Of a stretch of DNA of 64,000 nt, positions 40,297-50,967 are shown in pieces. The position numbers were made by a program, and so were the translations under genes. The first letter of the stretch is position 1. Every line of letters starts with the position of its first letter. Location of the stretch: positions 11,869-75,868 of the forward strand of contig JBHLLU010000017.1 in assembly GCA_048938895.1 (NCBI GenBank), written 5' to 3'. The notes below the pieces were generated by a model. That model was not told where the DNA came from and made no database searches. It saw only the letters and a list, made by a program, of their open reading frames with translations. This DNA is from Promethearchaeota archaeon. Its GTDB lineage: Archaea > Asgardarchaeota > Lokiarchaeia > Sigyniarchaeales > SOKP01.

Positions 40297-42000
40297 TTAA
40301 GTAGCTTCTTGGAGTAATATCACAAAAGTACTACCTTGTTTATAATCTCCATTAACTCTATCTTCGACCCAAATATCACCCCTGTAACTTTCAATTATTT
40401 TCTTTACCAGGGATAAGCCTAGACCCATTCCTTTACTTTTTTGATTCCTACGCTTTCCTTTCTCAAATATGACTTTCTTACGATAATCTGATATGCCTAT
40501 GGCATTATCTTTGAATTCCATCTTTATATATTTAATACTCTTCAGTTCTTCTTTACTGATATCAACACTGATCTCTATTTTAGATTTATTATTATGTCTA
40601 ACAGCATTTATTAGTATATTTTCAAATACATCCAATAAGAGGTTATTTCCAATTACATTGAGGTTTTTTTCTAAATTATTAATTTGAATATTAATATCTC
40701 TTGCTTGAAAACTATTTTTTATATAATCAATTGCTTTCTCTAATAATCGAAAAACTTTGACATTTTCTAGATTTACATCTGACTCATCAATTTCAGTTAT
40801 TTTTCTGACATTTTCAATTAATTTTTTGCCTCGTTCAATTTGTTCCATTATAATCTCAGATAATTCTTTCAGGGTATGCAGTTTTTCAGGATTGTTTAAA
40901 TAAAGAGAACTAAGTTCCGTGGAAGATTGAATATTCTGGAGCATATTGTTTATATCATGAGCAAAAATATCTCTATACAGATTAGCTTGGGAATAGGCTT
41001 TTCGATATTTTTCTTCTGATTCTTCTAATTTTTTTGTTCGCTCACTAACTCTGTTTTTCAATTCTTTATTTAAGTTTTCTAGTTCTTTTTCAGTTTCATT
41101 ACGTCTTATCGCATTTCCTATAATTTCAGATAAAATTTTAAGTAGAGTTAGATCATCTAATCCCCACTTTTTGGCTGCTTTTACATTATCGAGCCCTATA
41201 AATCCAAATATTTCTTCCCCTATTTTAAAGGGTAAAAAAATCAAGGATTTTATATTCTCTCTTAAAAATTCTTCTTTTTCTGCAGTTGCTTCTTCTGGTA
41301 AACTATTTACGTCATCGATGTTAAGAATTTCTCCATTTTTTAGCTTTTTTATTGACCATGGGAAAACCTCCATCTGTAAATTTTGTAATTTTTCAATTTG
41401 AGGGTAAACACCATCTAAACACCATTCGTGTGTATTACTCATTGTTCTATTATCATTGTCGAATATAAACAAATAACTTCGACTTGCTTGACTTAAAAGA
41501 CCTATCTCTTCAAGTGATGTTTGGATTGCTTCATTAAGATTCGTAGGATTGACGAATCGGGAAGAAATTTTAGATATAGTTCTCTCAAATTCTACCTTCT
41601 TCTTATAATTTTCTTCAGCCTCAATCAATTCTGAGTGCCTATCGAAAATAGCAGCGACTTTTCCTGAAGGGAGTTTGTAAATATAGAATTCTGTCCATCC
41701 ATCAACTCTATCATCCTGGTAAAATGATGTTGGTGTATGTTCAGATTTCCCTGTTTTCCATACTTCTCGTAGTCCATTGAGAAAACCAAATTCTTCTATG
41801 CTAGGAAATACATCAGAGAGGTTTTTACCTATAATATCCTCTCTAGTGGTTTCACACATGCGTAATCCCGCATTATTAATCTCTCGAATAATAAAACTTT
41901 TGCCATTATCAATGGTTTCATAAATAGCTACTCCACTGCTGATATGGTTAATAAGTTCTTTAAATATTTTATCTGACTCATATAATTCAGAATTGATCAA
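40297..42000 (-). CDS. PAS-GAF sensor histidine kinase
   Basis: PAS, GAF (NTHEWC, GFIGLD), HDINN, NAVRH, GMGLGL. Confidence 0.9.
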   Translation of the reverse strand: MINSELYESDKIFKELINHISSGVAIYETIDNGKSFIIREINNAGLRMCETTREDIIGKNLSDVFPSIEEFGFLNGLREVWKTGKSEHTPTSFYQDDRVDGWTEFYIYKLPSGKVAAIFDRHSELIEAEENYKKKVEFERTISKISSRFVNPTNLNEAIQTSLEEIGLLSQASRSYLFIFDNDNRTMSNTHEWCLDGVYPQIEKLQNLQMEVFPWSIKKLKNGEILNIDDVNSLPEEATAEKEEFLRENIKSLIFLPFKIGEEIFGFIGLDNVKAAKKWGLDDLTLLKILSEIIGNAIRRNETEKELENLNKELKNRVSERTKKLEESEEKYRKAYSQANLYRDIFAHDINNMLQNIQSSTELSSLYLNNPEKLHTLKELSEIIMEQIERGKKLIENVRKITEIDESDVNLENVKVFRLLEKAIDYIKNSFQARDINIQINNLEKNLNVIGNNLLLDVFENILINAVRHNNKSKIEISVDISKEELKSIKYIKMEFKDNAIGISDYRKKVIFEKGKRRNQKSKGMGLGLSLVKKIIESYRGDIWVEDRVNGDYKQGSTFVILLQEAT

Positions 42001-42195
42001 CCCTATTCACCTTTCATTAATTTATGAGAATATTTAAGATGATCTTTACAAATTTAGTTCTTTGATCAAAATCAACAATGATGTGAAACCACATTAATAG
42101 TCGACTAATTATTTATAAACTTATGTACTTAAATTTTGATTAATTTAACCAATACCAATTAACTGAGTCTTAGAAATTATGTTATCAATCAGAAA

Positions 42196-43632
42196 TTACT
42201 TCTTTAATAGAATTGTTTCATCAATTTTAACTGGTTTTTCAGTTTTAACTTTTCTTAAAAACAGCACAGCGATGATGTAGAATATACTCTGTGAAGCAAA
42301 CAAAAATGTAATAATGATTGGATTAGTTTTGTTTTCACCTGTGAGGATAAAACCAATAATTATTGATGATAATCCCATTCCTAGTGAGCTAATAAACATA
42401 GAAAAGCCGTTATAGGATCCGGAAATATTCGAAATGGTTTCATCAACATTGGGTGTATTTTTTCTAATCGCTGCTTCCTCTATTAATGTTGCAGTTAATG
42501 GTATTCCAAATAGTGGAATTGAATAATTTGTGCCTAAAATTGTACCAAAAGAAACGATATATAAAGTCATTTTTAATAGATAAGGAAGATTACTAAATAA
42601 AAATAATAAATCAGAAAATGAAACCACAGCCGCAAAAATTAGTGATAGAGAATATGATGATGTTAAAGATTTTTTCTTTAGAATCATTTTCCATATAAAA
42701 TACCAAATTAATTTTCCAAATATTGAAATGGCGGGGTAGATCAAGAATTCTGATTCTGTGAAATTGAGTAGGTTTGCTTGAACTGGAAATACTAAAAGGC
42801 CTAATGTACTTCCACATATTCCAACGAAAAAACTTACGAATACTAGATTTCTATAATTGTAGTCTTTTGCTGGTAGTGCCATTCGTTTGAAGGTATCTCT
42901 CAAAGTCACTTTCTTTTTGATAAAGTTCGAATAAGTCAAATGAAAGCTTTCATCAACAGAAAAAAATAGGATTAACACAAGCATTAAACCAAAACTTGAA
43001 AAAATAATCCCTATCAATGGAATATAAAATAGTATGATTTTGCCTGATTCTTGATCCCATCTAACCTGTTTAGGGTATGGTAAAAGACTTTGAACTAGTA
43101 AGGGCATCAATAGAGAAACAAAAGAAGCCACAATCATAAAAATTGCTCGAAGTGATGCAACAGAATGTCTATTCTCTAGCGTTTGAGACTGTTCTGGTAA
43201 CATAGCTAAATAAGTATTAAAAATTAAAGATCTACTTAGAGCTCCTATAATAGTTACCACCCAGAAATAGGTTGCTGTTGGCATGTATAATGGATTATCT
43301 ACGGGACAATACCATGGAGGAAGCCAGACAATAATACTAGATATAATCCAGAAAGGTAATCCATATAGTAGAAATGGCCGCCTTTTTCCGAGTTTTCCTG
43401 GTTTTTTATTGTCCATAATAACCCCAAAAATAATTGAGAAAAATGCGGATATAAAGACATTAAACGAGATTCCAATTGAAGCGAGAACGGAATCTAAATT
43501 AATAGTATAGACATAAAATTGAAATAAATAAGTGCCAGTAAAAACATTTACTAGAGATATCCCAAAGTTCCCAAGTGTGTACCCTAATAAACGTTTCCCC
43601 TTTAACTCCCTTAATTGCTGCGATGAGTTCAA
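42196..43632 (-). CDS. MFS transporter, GPH/MelB-like
   Basis: GKLGKRRPFLL; about 12 TM segments. Confidence 0.88.
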   Translation of the reverse strand: MNSSQQLRELKGKRLLGYTLGNFGISLVNVFTGTYLFQFYVYTINLDSVLASIGISFNVFISAFFSIIFGVIMDNKKPGKLGKRRPFLLYGLPFWIISSIIVWLPPWYCPVDNPLYMPTATYFWVVTIIGALSRSLIFNTYLAMLPEQSQTLENRHSVASLRAIFMIVASFVSLLMPLLVQSLLPYPKQVRWDQESGKIILFYIPLIGIIFSSFGLMLVLILFFSVDESFHLTYSNFIKKKVTLRDTFKRMALPAKDYNYRNLVFVSFFVGICGSTLGLLVFPVQANLLNFTESEFLIYPAISIFGKLIWYFIWKMILKKKSLTSSYSLSLIFAAVVSFSDLLFLFSNLPYLLKMTLYIVSFGTILGTNYSIPLFGIPLTATLIEEAAIRKNTPNVDETISNISGSYNGFSMFISSLGMGLSSIIIGFILTGENKTNPIIITFLFASQSIFYIIAVLFLRKVKTEKPVKIDETILLKK

Positions 43633-43752
43633 ATTTTATCCGTTTTTATTATAGTGGTTTTAAAAAATTAATAAGAATTGAAATAGTTTTTTGTAATTAA
43701 AAGATTAAAAAAAAACAAATTAAATACATTAAAATTACCAAAAGGTAGGTTT

Positions 43753-45240
43753 TTATCCAAGCATATAAGGTAGTATTCTTGCCAATGGAACAGCTAATCC
43801 GCCAAGTAATGACCCAATTGAGCTTAATTTTTTAAGATAATCCTTGATATTTTTAGTAACCTTCACGGTTCTTGTCTTTCCTTCTATAATTGTTCCATCC
43901 TCAGAAAGTAAGAAGATTTGAACTGTTTGCTCTCCCACTTCTCTAGGTTCTAAGGTTAGCCATGTGGTATCTCCATTTTCAAGCATTGATGAAAGAACTC
44001 CCGCTATATCTCTTCTCTCAGAGGAGATTAATGGTATTGGTGAATTGGGTATAAAGAATGTTCCACGACCCTCCACTTCAATATCGAGTTTTAACTTAGA
44101 AGGCTCAAATCCTGGAGCATTGATTTTAATCGCGTATTTTTTAGCTTCAGGAGCATTGTTAAACAAAAAACAGAATATATTCAATTCTGAATTAAGATAT
44201 ACCACTTCTTGAGCAGTGGAGTCCATATAGATTGGGTCCTTCGAAATCCTTTCAATATTATCTGCTAGTTCTAATTGAAGTCGGTCAATTATGTTGAAAA
44301 AACCAGGATTGAACTTTTTGATATAATTGAATAGTTTGTAAATATCATTTGCTGAGAAATACCACGCTCCTTCCATGTATATACCCTTTTCAATATTAAA
44401 AATGTCTGAGTCGACGTCAATGACTTCTTTTAATTCTTGAATAAACTGCTCTTCAGTTAACACTTCTTGAAATTTCAAATAATACAGAAATAGGATATTT
44501 TCTATAGCAAAAGTTATAGGTAATTCATCTTCTTCCTGCTCTTTTATTTTTTGAATAAATCCTGGAGTTAAGATTTTAGTCATTTCTAATAAATACTCAT
44601 CCCATTTAAGAAAAGTTACTGGATCTAAGTGGTTTGATAGAATCTCCGCAAAAAAGTTATCCAAGAATATCTGGTGTGTTGTTGGCTTATAAAAATCTTG
44701 TAGCCCGTTTACATCGTGAATATTGAGGTTTAGACTACGGATTAATATAGATAATCCTAATCCTACCAATGCAAAACCAGCAGCAGCGAACCCAATGTCA
44801 AGTACATCAATTACAATCATAATTACAAATAAAATTATAGCAGTAAAACATATTAGTGATATGAATTTCAACAGATTTGTAACCCTTTTTACACTACTTG
44901 AAAGTAAATCAAAGCCATCCAGACTATCTATTGGTCTTCCCCTTTTTCGTTCAAATTTTAATCTCATTTTTAGAGAACTTTCGGTAGAACTTGCACCTAA
45001 TAGTAACATTATGGAATTAAACGCGTAGATGACTAATATTACCAAATAGATAATCTTTAACGTAAAATCAAGCGCCTGAATGAATGCAAGTAATGTAACT
45101 ATTAAAAATATGATAGGCAATATAAAAAGTAAGAGTTTCCCCACCTTAGAAATATATTTTATCATTTTACCTTGAAATCTCTCTTTTTTGAGAATTTTCG
45201 ATAAGTCTTTTTCAAAATCTTTTGCCATTTTTCTTATCAT
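43753..45240 (-). CDS. hypothetical membrane protein
   Basis: 495 aa; 4 N-terminal TM segments, a soluble domain and a hydrophobic C-terminus. Confidence 0.7.
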   Translation of the reverse strand: MIRKMAKDFEKDLSKILKKERFQGKMIKYISKVGKLLLFILPIIFLIVTLLAFIQALDFTLKIIYLVILVIYAFNSIMLLLGASSTESSLKMRLKFERKRGRPIDSLDGFDLLSSSVKRVTNLLKFISLICFTAIILFVIMIVIDVLDIGFAAAGFALVGLGLSILIRSLNLNIHDVNGLQDFYKPTTHQIFLDNFFAEILSNHLDPVTFLKWDEYLLEMTKILTPGFIQKIKEQEEDELPITFAIENILFLYYLKFQEVLTEEQFIQELKEVIDVDSDIFNIEKGIYMEGAWYFSANDIYKLFNYIKKFNPGFFNIIDRLQLELADNIERISKDPIYMDSTAQEVVYLNSELNIFCFLFNNAPEAKKYAIKINAPGFEPSKLKLDIEVEGRGTFFIPNSPIPLISSERRDIAGVLSSMLENGDTTWLTLEPREVGEQTVQIFLLSEDGTIIEGKTRTVKVTKNIKDYLKKLSSIGSLLGGLAVPLARILPYMLG

Positions 45241-45552
45241 CTCATTATTTAGTATTAATATGAAAAATATAACTGAATAATAGAAATTGACATTTAAAAT
45301 ATTTCTGCATTAAACTATTCTCAGAAGAGATATGTAATTAATGAAGAGAGTAGATTAAATATATATTCTAAATAGAATAATCTTAATTATTATAACTAAA
45401 TTAAAAGTAAATATAAAGAAATCAATGTAATTATTATAGGGATCATTGTATTCCAGATGAAGACTAGATTTTAAAATAAGTTCAAGGGATAAGGGGATTT
45501 AACTCAATAAATAGACAAAAATATATTCCAACCAACTCAATATTAATTTAAC

Positions 45553-46278
45553 ATGAATTATAAGTCAATTTGGAACCAATCTGATTGGACAGAGGAAGCA
45601 CGTAGCCTGCTAAAAGGACTTGATAAGTTTCCCGAAGACTCGAAAATAATCTTTATAATAAGGCATTCCCATAGAAAATCAATTGAACAAGTAAATGAGA
45701 AGACTTCAGGTATAAGACTAACTAAAATCGGTCATGAGATTGCTAAAATATTTGCATCAAATTTACCATTGGATAGAACAATTAGACTCTTTTATAGCCC
45801 GGTTCAGCGTTGTAAAGAAACTGCTATTGATATATTTGAAGGATTTAAATATGTATCTGGCCAAACTAGTATCAATGGCCCAATTAATGAATTATATGAT
45901 TTTGGGATAGAAGCCAATTTTTTTTTTGAGGAAATAAATAAATATCCAACTCAGTTCTTATATCGGTGGGCTGCTGGTTTGTATCCTTCCGAAAAAGTTA
46001 CACCATTTAAGGATTACTGTCAAAATGCCCTGAGGATAATCTTAGCAAAAAATATAAAATCATCAAAAAAGAGTATTGATATTTATGTATCTCATGATCT
46101 TATAATATTGGCATATAGGTTGGGGTGGTTTGGTTTATCTCCAGAGGGAAAACGGCCCTCTTTTTTAGGAGGTTTTGCATTTGCTATAACTAAAGGCAAC
46201 ATTTTGTTATTAGATGTAGATAAGTTACTCACTGTTGAAATTCCATATTGGTGGAATGTCCAAAATAATATGATATAA
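45553..46278 (+). CDS. histidine phosphatase family protein
   Basis: IIRHS, LTKIG, SPVQRCKETA, VSHD. Confidence 0.85.
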   Translation: MNYKSIWNQSDWTEEARSLLKGLDKFPEDSKIIFIIRHSHRKSIEQVNEKTSGIRLTKIGHEIAKIFASNLPLDRTIRLFYSPVQRCKETAIDIFEGFKYVSGQTSINGPINELYDFGIEANFFFEEINKYPTQFLYRWAAGLYPSEKVTPFKDYCQNALRIILAKNIKSSKKSIDIYVSHDLIILAYRLGWFGLSPEGKRPSFLGGFAFAITKGNILLLDVDKLLTVEIPYWWNVQNNMI

Positions 46279-46365
46279 TCATAATTTCCATACAATAAAG
46301 GAAATACAAAACTACAAATTTTCAAAATAATTCTTGTTATTAATATTATTGAGAGATTAATCATT

Positions 46366-47391
46366 TTGTTTTCTGTTAAGTTCAATTCTGAGGTCACTAA
46401 AATTGAAGAGGTTTATCGCATCAAGATAGATGTGCCATGGAATGTTAGAAATGTTTCACTTTACCTTTTTCAGATTCATGACAAAACCGTTCTATTCGAT
46501 TCAGGATTAGATATGGGCAATTGGAGTAAATTATTCTTCTTAGCTCTCAAAGAGATTAACCTTACTGTTCAAGATATAGATTATTGTTTTATATCACATA
46601 ATCATTCGGATCATGTGGGATTAGCTGGAACCTTAAAACAGAAGAATCCAAACCTTCAATTATTAATGCATAATATAACCGCTAAAACTCTCAAATGGGA
46701 AAATCAAGAGGAGAATATAGTTGAGTTAGAAAGAGAATCTGAAAAAGTTGCATTTCAAATGATAAAATATGGGTTTACTGAAAAGCAAGCTGAAAGAGTA
46801 GTTGAATATTTTAACTTTTGGCCTCAACATCGAAAATACCAAGAGCCAGATATAATTTTAAATGATGGTGATATAATTTTGGAAGATTTAGAAGTAATTT
46901 GGACACCAGGGCATAGTTTTGGTCATATTTGTCTTTTTAATTCAAAAGATAAATATCTTTTTTCAGGAGATCACATACTTTCAAGAATTACTCCTCACAT
47001 TGGTAATTATATTATTCCTAAAGTGCTATTTGAAGAATACAAGAGTTATGATTTTAATAACATTTTGAAACATTATTTAAATTCCTTGGATCGAATTGAT
47101 AAGTTAAATCCAAAAACTATCTTTCCCGCTCATCAAGAGATCATATATGATCCTCATAAACGCATTACAGAAATAAAAGAGCATCACAAAAATAGACTTG
47201 CGGAGATATCAAGACTTATCAAAGACAATCCTTTGTCACCCTCAAAAATTTCTGAGTTACATTTTGGAGAATTAGATGACATGAATTCATTTTTGGCACT
47301 TTCCGAAGTTCTTGGTCATCTTTTTTATCTTGAAGATAAGGAATTGGTAAGTAGTATTGAAAAAGATGGTAAAATTCTATATTTTAGTTAA
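46366..47391 (+). CDS. MBL-fold metallo-hydrolase with C-terminal winged helix
   Basis: SHNHSDH, TPGHS, SGDH, PAH. Confidence 0.9.
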   Translation: MFSVKFNSEVTKIEEVYRIKIDVPWNVRNVSLYLFQIHDKTVLFDSGLDMGNWSKLFFLALKEINLTVQDIDYCFISHNHSDHVGLAGTLKQKNPNLQLLMHNITAKTLKWENQEENIVELERESEKVAFQMIKYGFTEKQAERVVEYFNFWPQHRKYQEPDIILNDGDIILEDLEVIWTPGHSFGHICLFNSKDKYLFSGDHILSRITPHIGNYIIPKVLFEEYKSYDFNNILKHYLNSLDRIDKLNPKTIFPAHQEIIYDPHKRITEIKEHHKNRLAEISRLIKDNPLSPSKISELHFGELDDMNSFLALSEVLGHLFYLEDKELVSSIEKDGKILYFS

Positions 47392-47415
47392 AATTAGATA
47401 GCATTTTTATCCAGT

Positions 47416-48042
47416 TTGAATTTTAATATTATTATGCTAGCTTGGATTAATCTTATAGTTTTAATTATTTCAACTGTAATGATGGCATTTTTTTATATAA
47501 AAAGTGTTGGACCAGCAACATCGGAACGAAAAATTGGTTTAACCGCTTATGTAAGGAGTGCCTATTATAGAATAGTTGCAAGTATCTTTGAATTAATTGT
47601 AATTGTGAATTATATTATCTATTTTTTCCAGCCTCTCCCTATTTCCTTACCCCAATTCTTCATGTGGGATTACTGGATTTCAATAATAATTAGTATTATC
47701 ATACTAATCCCGAGTATGTTTATTATGTTAATAGGGCTTAAAGATGCGGGACGAGAAGCTCTTTACCCCGATAAAGAAAATACCCTTTATAAAGGGATTT
47801 ATGAAAAGATTCGGCATCCTCAAGCCTTAGGAGAAGCTTTCATATGGTGGAGTGTTGCACTAATCTTAAACTCTCCATTTCTTTTCTTGTATTCTATAGT
47901 ATGGTTTCCATTATTTTATTGGTTTTGTAAAGCAGAAGAAAAGGATTTGGTAATTAGATATGGGGAACCATTTAATACTTATAAAAACCAAACTGGAATG
48001 TTTTTTCCAAAACGAAAAAGGGAAGATATAGAAAATAGTTAA
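47416..48042 (+). CDS. isoprenylcysteine carboxyl/phospholipid methyltransferase family membrane protein
   Basis: GIYEKIRHPQ, AEEKDL..RYGE. Confidence 0.85.
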   Translation: MNFNIIMLAWINLIVLIISTVMMAFFYIKSVGPATSERKIGLTAYVRSAYYRIVASIFELIVIVNYIIYFFQPLPISLPQFFMWDYWISIIISIIILIPSMFIMLIGLKDAGREALYPDKENTLYKGIYEKIRHPQALGEAFIWWSVALILNSPFLFLYSIVWFPLFYWFCKAEEKDLVIRYGEPFNTYKNQTGMFFPKRKREDIENS

Positions 48043-48089
48043 TTTAAATTATTTTAAGAGATTCTGTTAGAAATAAAAAGTGTATTAAA

Positions 48090-49661
48090 ATGACAATACA
48101 ACAAAATCAAAATATTAACCAATCATTTGATGCCGTGGTTATTGGAGCAGGAAATGGTGGTTTAACTGCTGCTGCAGAACTAGCAAGAAACGGTGTCAAA
48201 GTTTTATTATTAGAACAGCATAACCTTCCTGGGGGATATGCAACTAGTTTTGTTAGAGGGAGATTTGAATTCGAAACATCACTTCATGAAATCAATGCCT
48301 GGGGTCCAGAAGATAATCCTGGAGCTGTTAGAAGGCTACTTGAAAGAAGATTAGGTATCGATTCTGAATTTATTCAGGTCCCAGAAGCTTATCGTTTAAT
48401 TATAACTGATGAATCAGAAAAAATTGATATAGTAATGCCCTTTGGTATTGAAAATTTTATTGAAACTATTGAAAAAAAAGTTCCCGGAAGTCGAGAACCT
48501 TTAAAAAATTTCTTTCAGATTGCTCAGGAGTGTCACAACGCATTTAATTATATTGGGCGTATGAGAGGAAGACCTGATCAAGGAACCCTCTTTAAAGAAT
48601 TTACTAATTTCCTTAAAACTGCAGCATATTCTGCTAGTGAGGTACAGGAGGCATTAAAAATACCAAAAAAAGCAATTGATATTATGAGTGCATATTGGTG
48701 CTACATAGGGTTGCCTCTTAATCGTCTAAATTTTACTATTTTCGCTATGATGCTCAATAGCTATTTAAAACGTGGGGGTTATATTCCCAAACTTCGATCG
48801 AATGGTTACACATCCGCTTTAGACAGGAAGATTAGAGAATTAGGGGGAATCATTGAATATAATACCCGTGTTGAAAAGATTTTGGTAGATGATGGGAAAG
48901 TAATTGGTATAGAAACCTCTAAAGGAGATCAGATTAAGACAGACCATGTCATAGCAAATATTTCACCCACTCTTCTGTACAATAAATTAATACATCCTAA
49001 AACTGAAGTACCTGAAATTGCATATAAAGATATTAATGCCAGAATTCAAGGACTCAGTACTTTCACAGTTTATATGGGACTAGATGCCCCACCAGAAGAA
49101 ATAGGCCTTAAAGAGTACAGTTATTTCATAATGGAAAGTATGAATACAGAAGATATATATGAATCATGGGGAAAATTACAAACACCAAAAGGACAAGCAA
49201 CAGTCTGTATAAATAATGCATTACCTGATTGTTCACCTCCAGGAACTAGTATTGTGTTTATCACAACATTGTTTAGACCTGAAGTGTGGTATAATGTAAA
49301 ACCGGAGGAATATGTAGGAATTAAGAATCAAATTGCTGATGGCTTAATTGCTGATTTAGAAAAAGCAACAGGGGCAAACATCAGAGAGCATATTGAAGAA
49401 ATAGAAATTGCCACGCCCATAACGTGTGCTAGATACACTCGAAGCTATAATGGAATCGTTTACGGCTATGAATTGGAGTCATGGGATTCAGTTTTAACTA
49501 GATTTATGTCAATGTTTAATGATATTTATATTGAAGGATTAGAATTCTGTGGAGGTTTTTGGAGGAGGGGTCATGGTTATAGTTCTACTCTAGTTTCAGG
49601 GAATCTAGCCGCAGCAATGACGCTTGCTAAATTAAAAAAAGGAAGGGATGAGAATGAGTAA
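48090..49661 (+). CDS. phytoene desaturase-like NAD(P)/FAD oxidoreductase
   Basis: VIGAGNGGL, LEQHNLPGGYATSFVRGRFEFE, ATPIT..RYT..GIVYG. Confidence 0.88.
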   Translation: MTIQQNQNINQSFDAVVIGAGNGGLTAAAELARNGVKVLLLEQHNLPGGYATSFVRGRFEFETSLHEINAWGPEDNPGAVRRLLERRLGIDSEFIQVPEAYRLIITDESEKIDIVMPFGIENFIETIEKKVPGSREPLKNFFQIAQECHNAFNYIGRMRGRPDQGTLFKEFTNFLKTAAYSASEVQEALKIPKKAIDIMSAYWCYIGLPLNRLNFTIFAMMLNSYLKRGGYIPKLRSNGYTSALDRKIRELGGIIEYNTRVEKILVDDGKVIGIETSKGDQIKTDHVIANISPTLLYNKLIHPKTEVPEIAYKDINARIQGLSTFTVYMGLDAPPEEIGLKEYSYFIMESMNTEDIYESWGKLQTPKGQATVCINNALPDCSPPGTSIVFITTLFRPEVWYNVKPEEYVGIKNQIADGLIADLEKATGANIREHIEEIEIATPITCARYTRSYNGIVYGYELESWDSVLTRFMSMFNDIYIEGLEFCGGFWRRGHGYSSTLVSGNLAAAMTLAKLKKGRDENE

Positions 49662-50883
49662 AGAAGAAAAATTCGTTATAACTGTGAAAAGTAACACAAA
49701 GGATTTATATGCTTTTACAAAAATGATTTCAGAAAGAAAAAAAAGAATTGAAAAAGCTTCAAATGAGCCAATTACTTTAGATCCAATAAATGATCTTGCC
49801 AGAAGTCTTCATCCAGAACGCCAATTTCTGGTCATTAAAGGGATTCAAGAAGAAACTATATCCACAAAAACTTTCAGGTTAATACCAGACCCTGATTCTG
49901 TTACCAAAGAGTTGGCATACTTTAGAGCTGGACAATATCTAAGTTTAAAAGTTGAAGTTAATGGAGTTAAGATTACACGACCTTACTCAATTTCTTCAAG
50001 TCCAAAAGATGCACTTGAGGGATTTTATGAAATAACTATAAGAAGGGAAGAAGAAGGATTTTTGACTAATTATATCTGGCAAAATTGGAAAATTGGAACA
50101 AAAATTGAAAGTTCAGGACCTGAAGGATATTTTTATTATGAACCTCTTAGAGATTTGAAAAATATTGTAGGAATTGCGGGGGGTTCAGGAATTACACCAT
50201 TTCGTTCATGGATAAAAAATATAATAGATGAGGAATCAGAAATTGATTTAATTCTGCTTTATGGCAGTTCAGATGAAGAAGATATTATCTTTTATAAAGA
50301 ATTCAAAGAATTGGAACAAATAGTTCCGAATCAAATAAAAATAGTATACATCTTAAGTTGTGAGACAATATCATTAGAGGGATGCGAACAAGGTTTTATT
50401 ACTTCAGATATAATTGAAAAATATTGTGATGTGCATAATTCATCTTTTTTTATTTGTGGTCCCCAAATTATGTATAATTTTATTGAAAAAGAATTAGAAA
50501 AATTTAACCTTCCTAAGAAAAGAATTAGAAGAGAAGCTTTTGGGGAGATAAAAGATGTCATTAAATATCCAAATTTCCCACAAGAAGTTGCAGGTAGCAC
50601 TTTTAAAGTAAAAGTCCAAATAGGCAATAGCATTAAAGAGATCCCTGCGATCTCAACTGAATCTATTTTAGTAGCTTTGGAAAGAGCTAATATAGCCCCT
50701 CCTTCTAAATGTCGTTCGGGAGAATGCGGATTCTGTAGGTCACTCCTTTTATCTGGAGAGATATTTGTCAGTCCTATATCGGATTGGCGGCGTGAAGGTG
50801 ATAAACAGTATAAGTTCTTCCATCCTTGTGCATCATATCCTATTTCAGATCTAGAAATCAGTGTGCCAAGGAATGTTTATTAA
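49648..50883 (+). CDS. ferredoxin-NAD(P) reductase family protein with C-terminal 2Fe-2S domain
   Basis: RPYSISS, AGGSGITP, FICGP, CRSGECGFC. Confidence 0.9.
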   Translation: MRMSKEEKFVITVKSNTKDLYAFTKMISERKKRIEKASNEPITLDPINDLARSLHPERQFLVIKGIQEETISTKTFRLIPDPDSVTKELAYFRAGQYLSLKVEVNGVKITRPYSISSSPKDALEGFYEITIRREEEGFLTNYIWQNWKIGTKIESSGPEGYFYYEPLRDLKNIVGIAGGSGITPFRSWIKNIIDEESEIDLILLYGSSDEEDIIFYKEFKELEQIVPNQIKIVYILSCETISLEGCEQGFITSDIIEKYCDVHNSSFFICGPQIMYNFIEKELEKFNLPKKRIRREAFGEIKDVIKYPNFPQEVAGSTFKVKVQIGNSIKEIPAISTESILVALERANIAPPSKCRSGECGFCRSLLLSGEIFVSPISDWRREGDKQYKFFHPCASYPISDLEISVPRNVY

Positions 50884-50967
50884 AACTTAATCCAGTTCTT
50901 AATTTTTTTAATCAGATTTGTTTAAAATCAGAGTCAATACACATTAAAAAAAGAGAAATAAAAGAAA

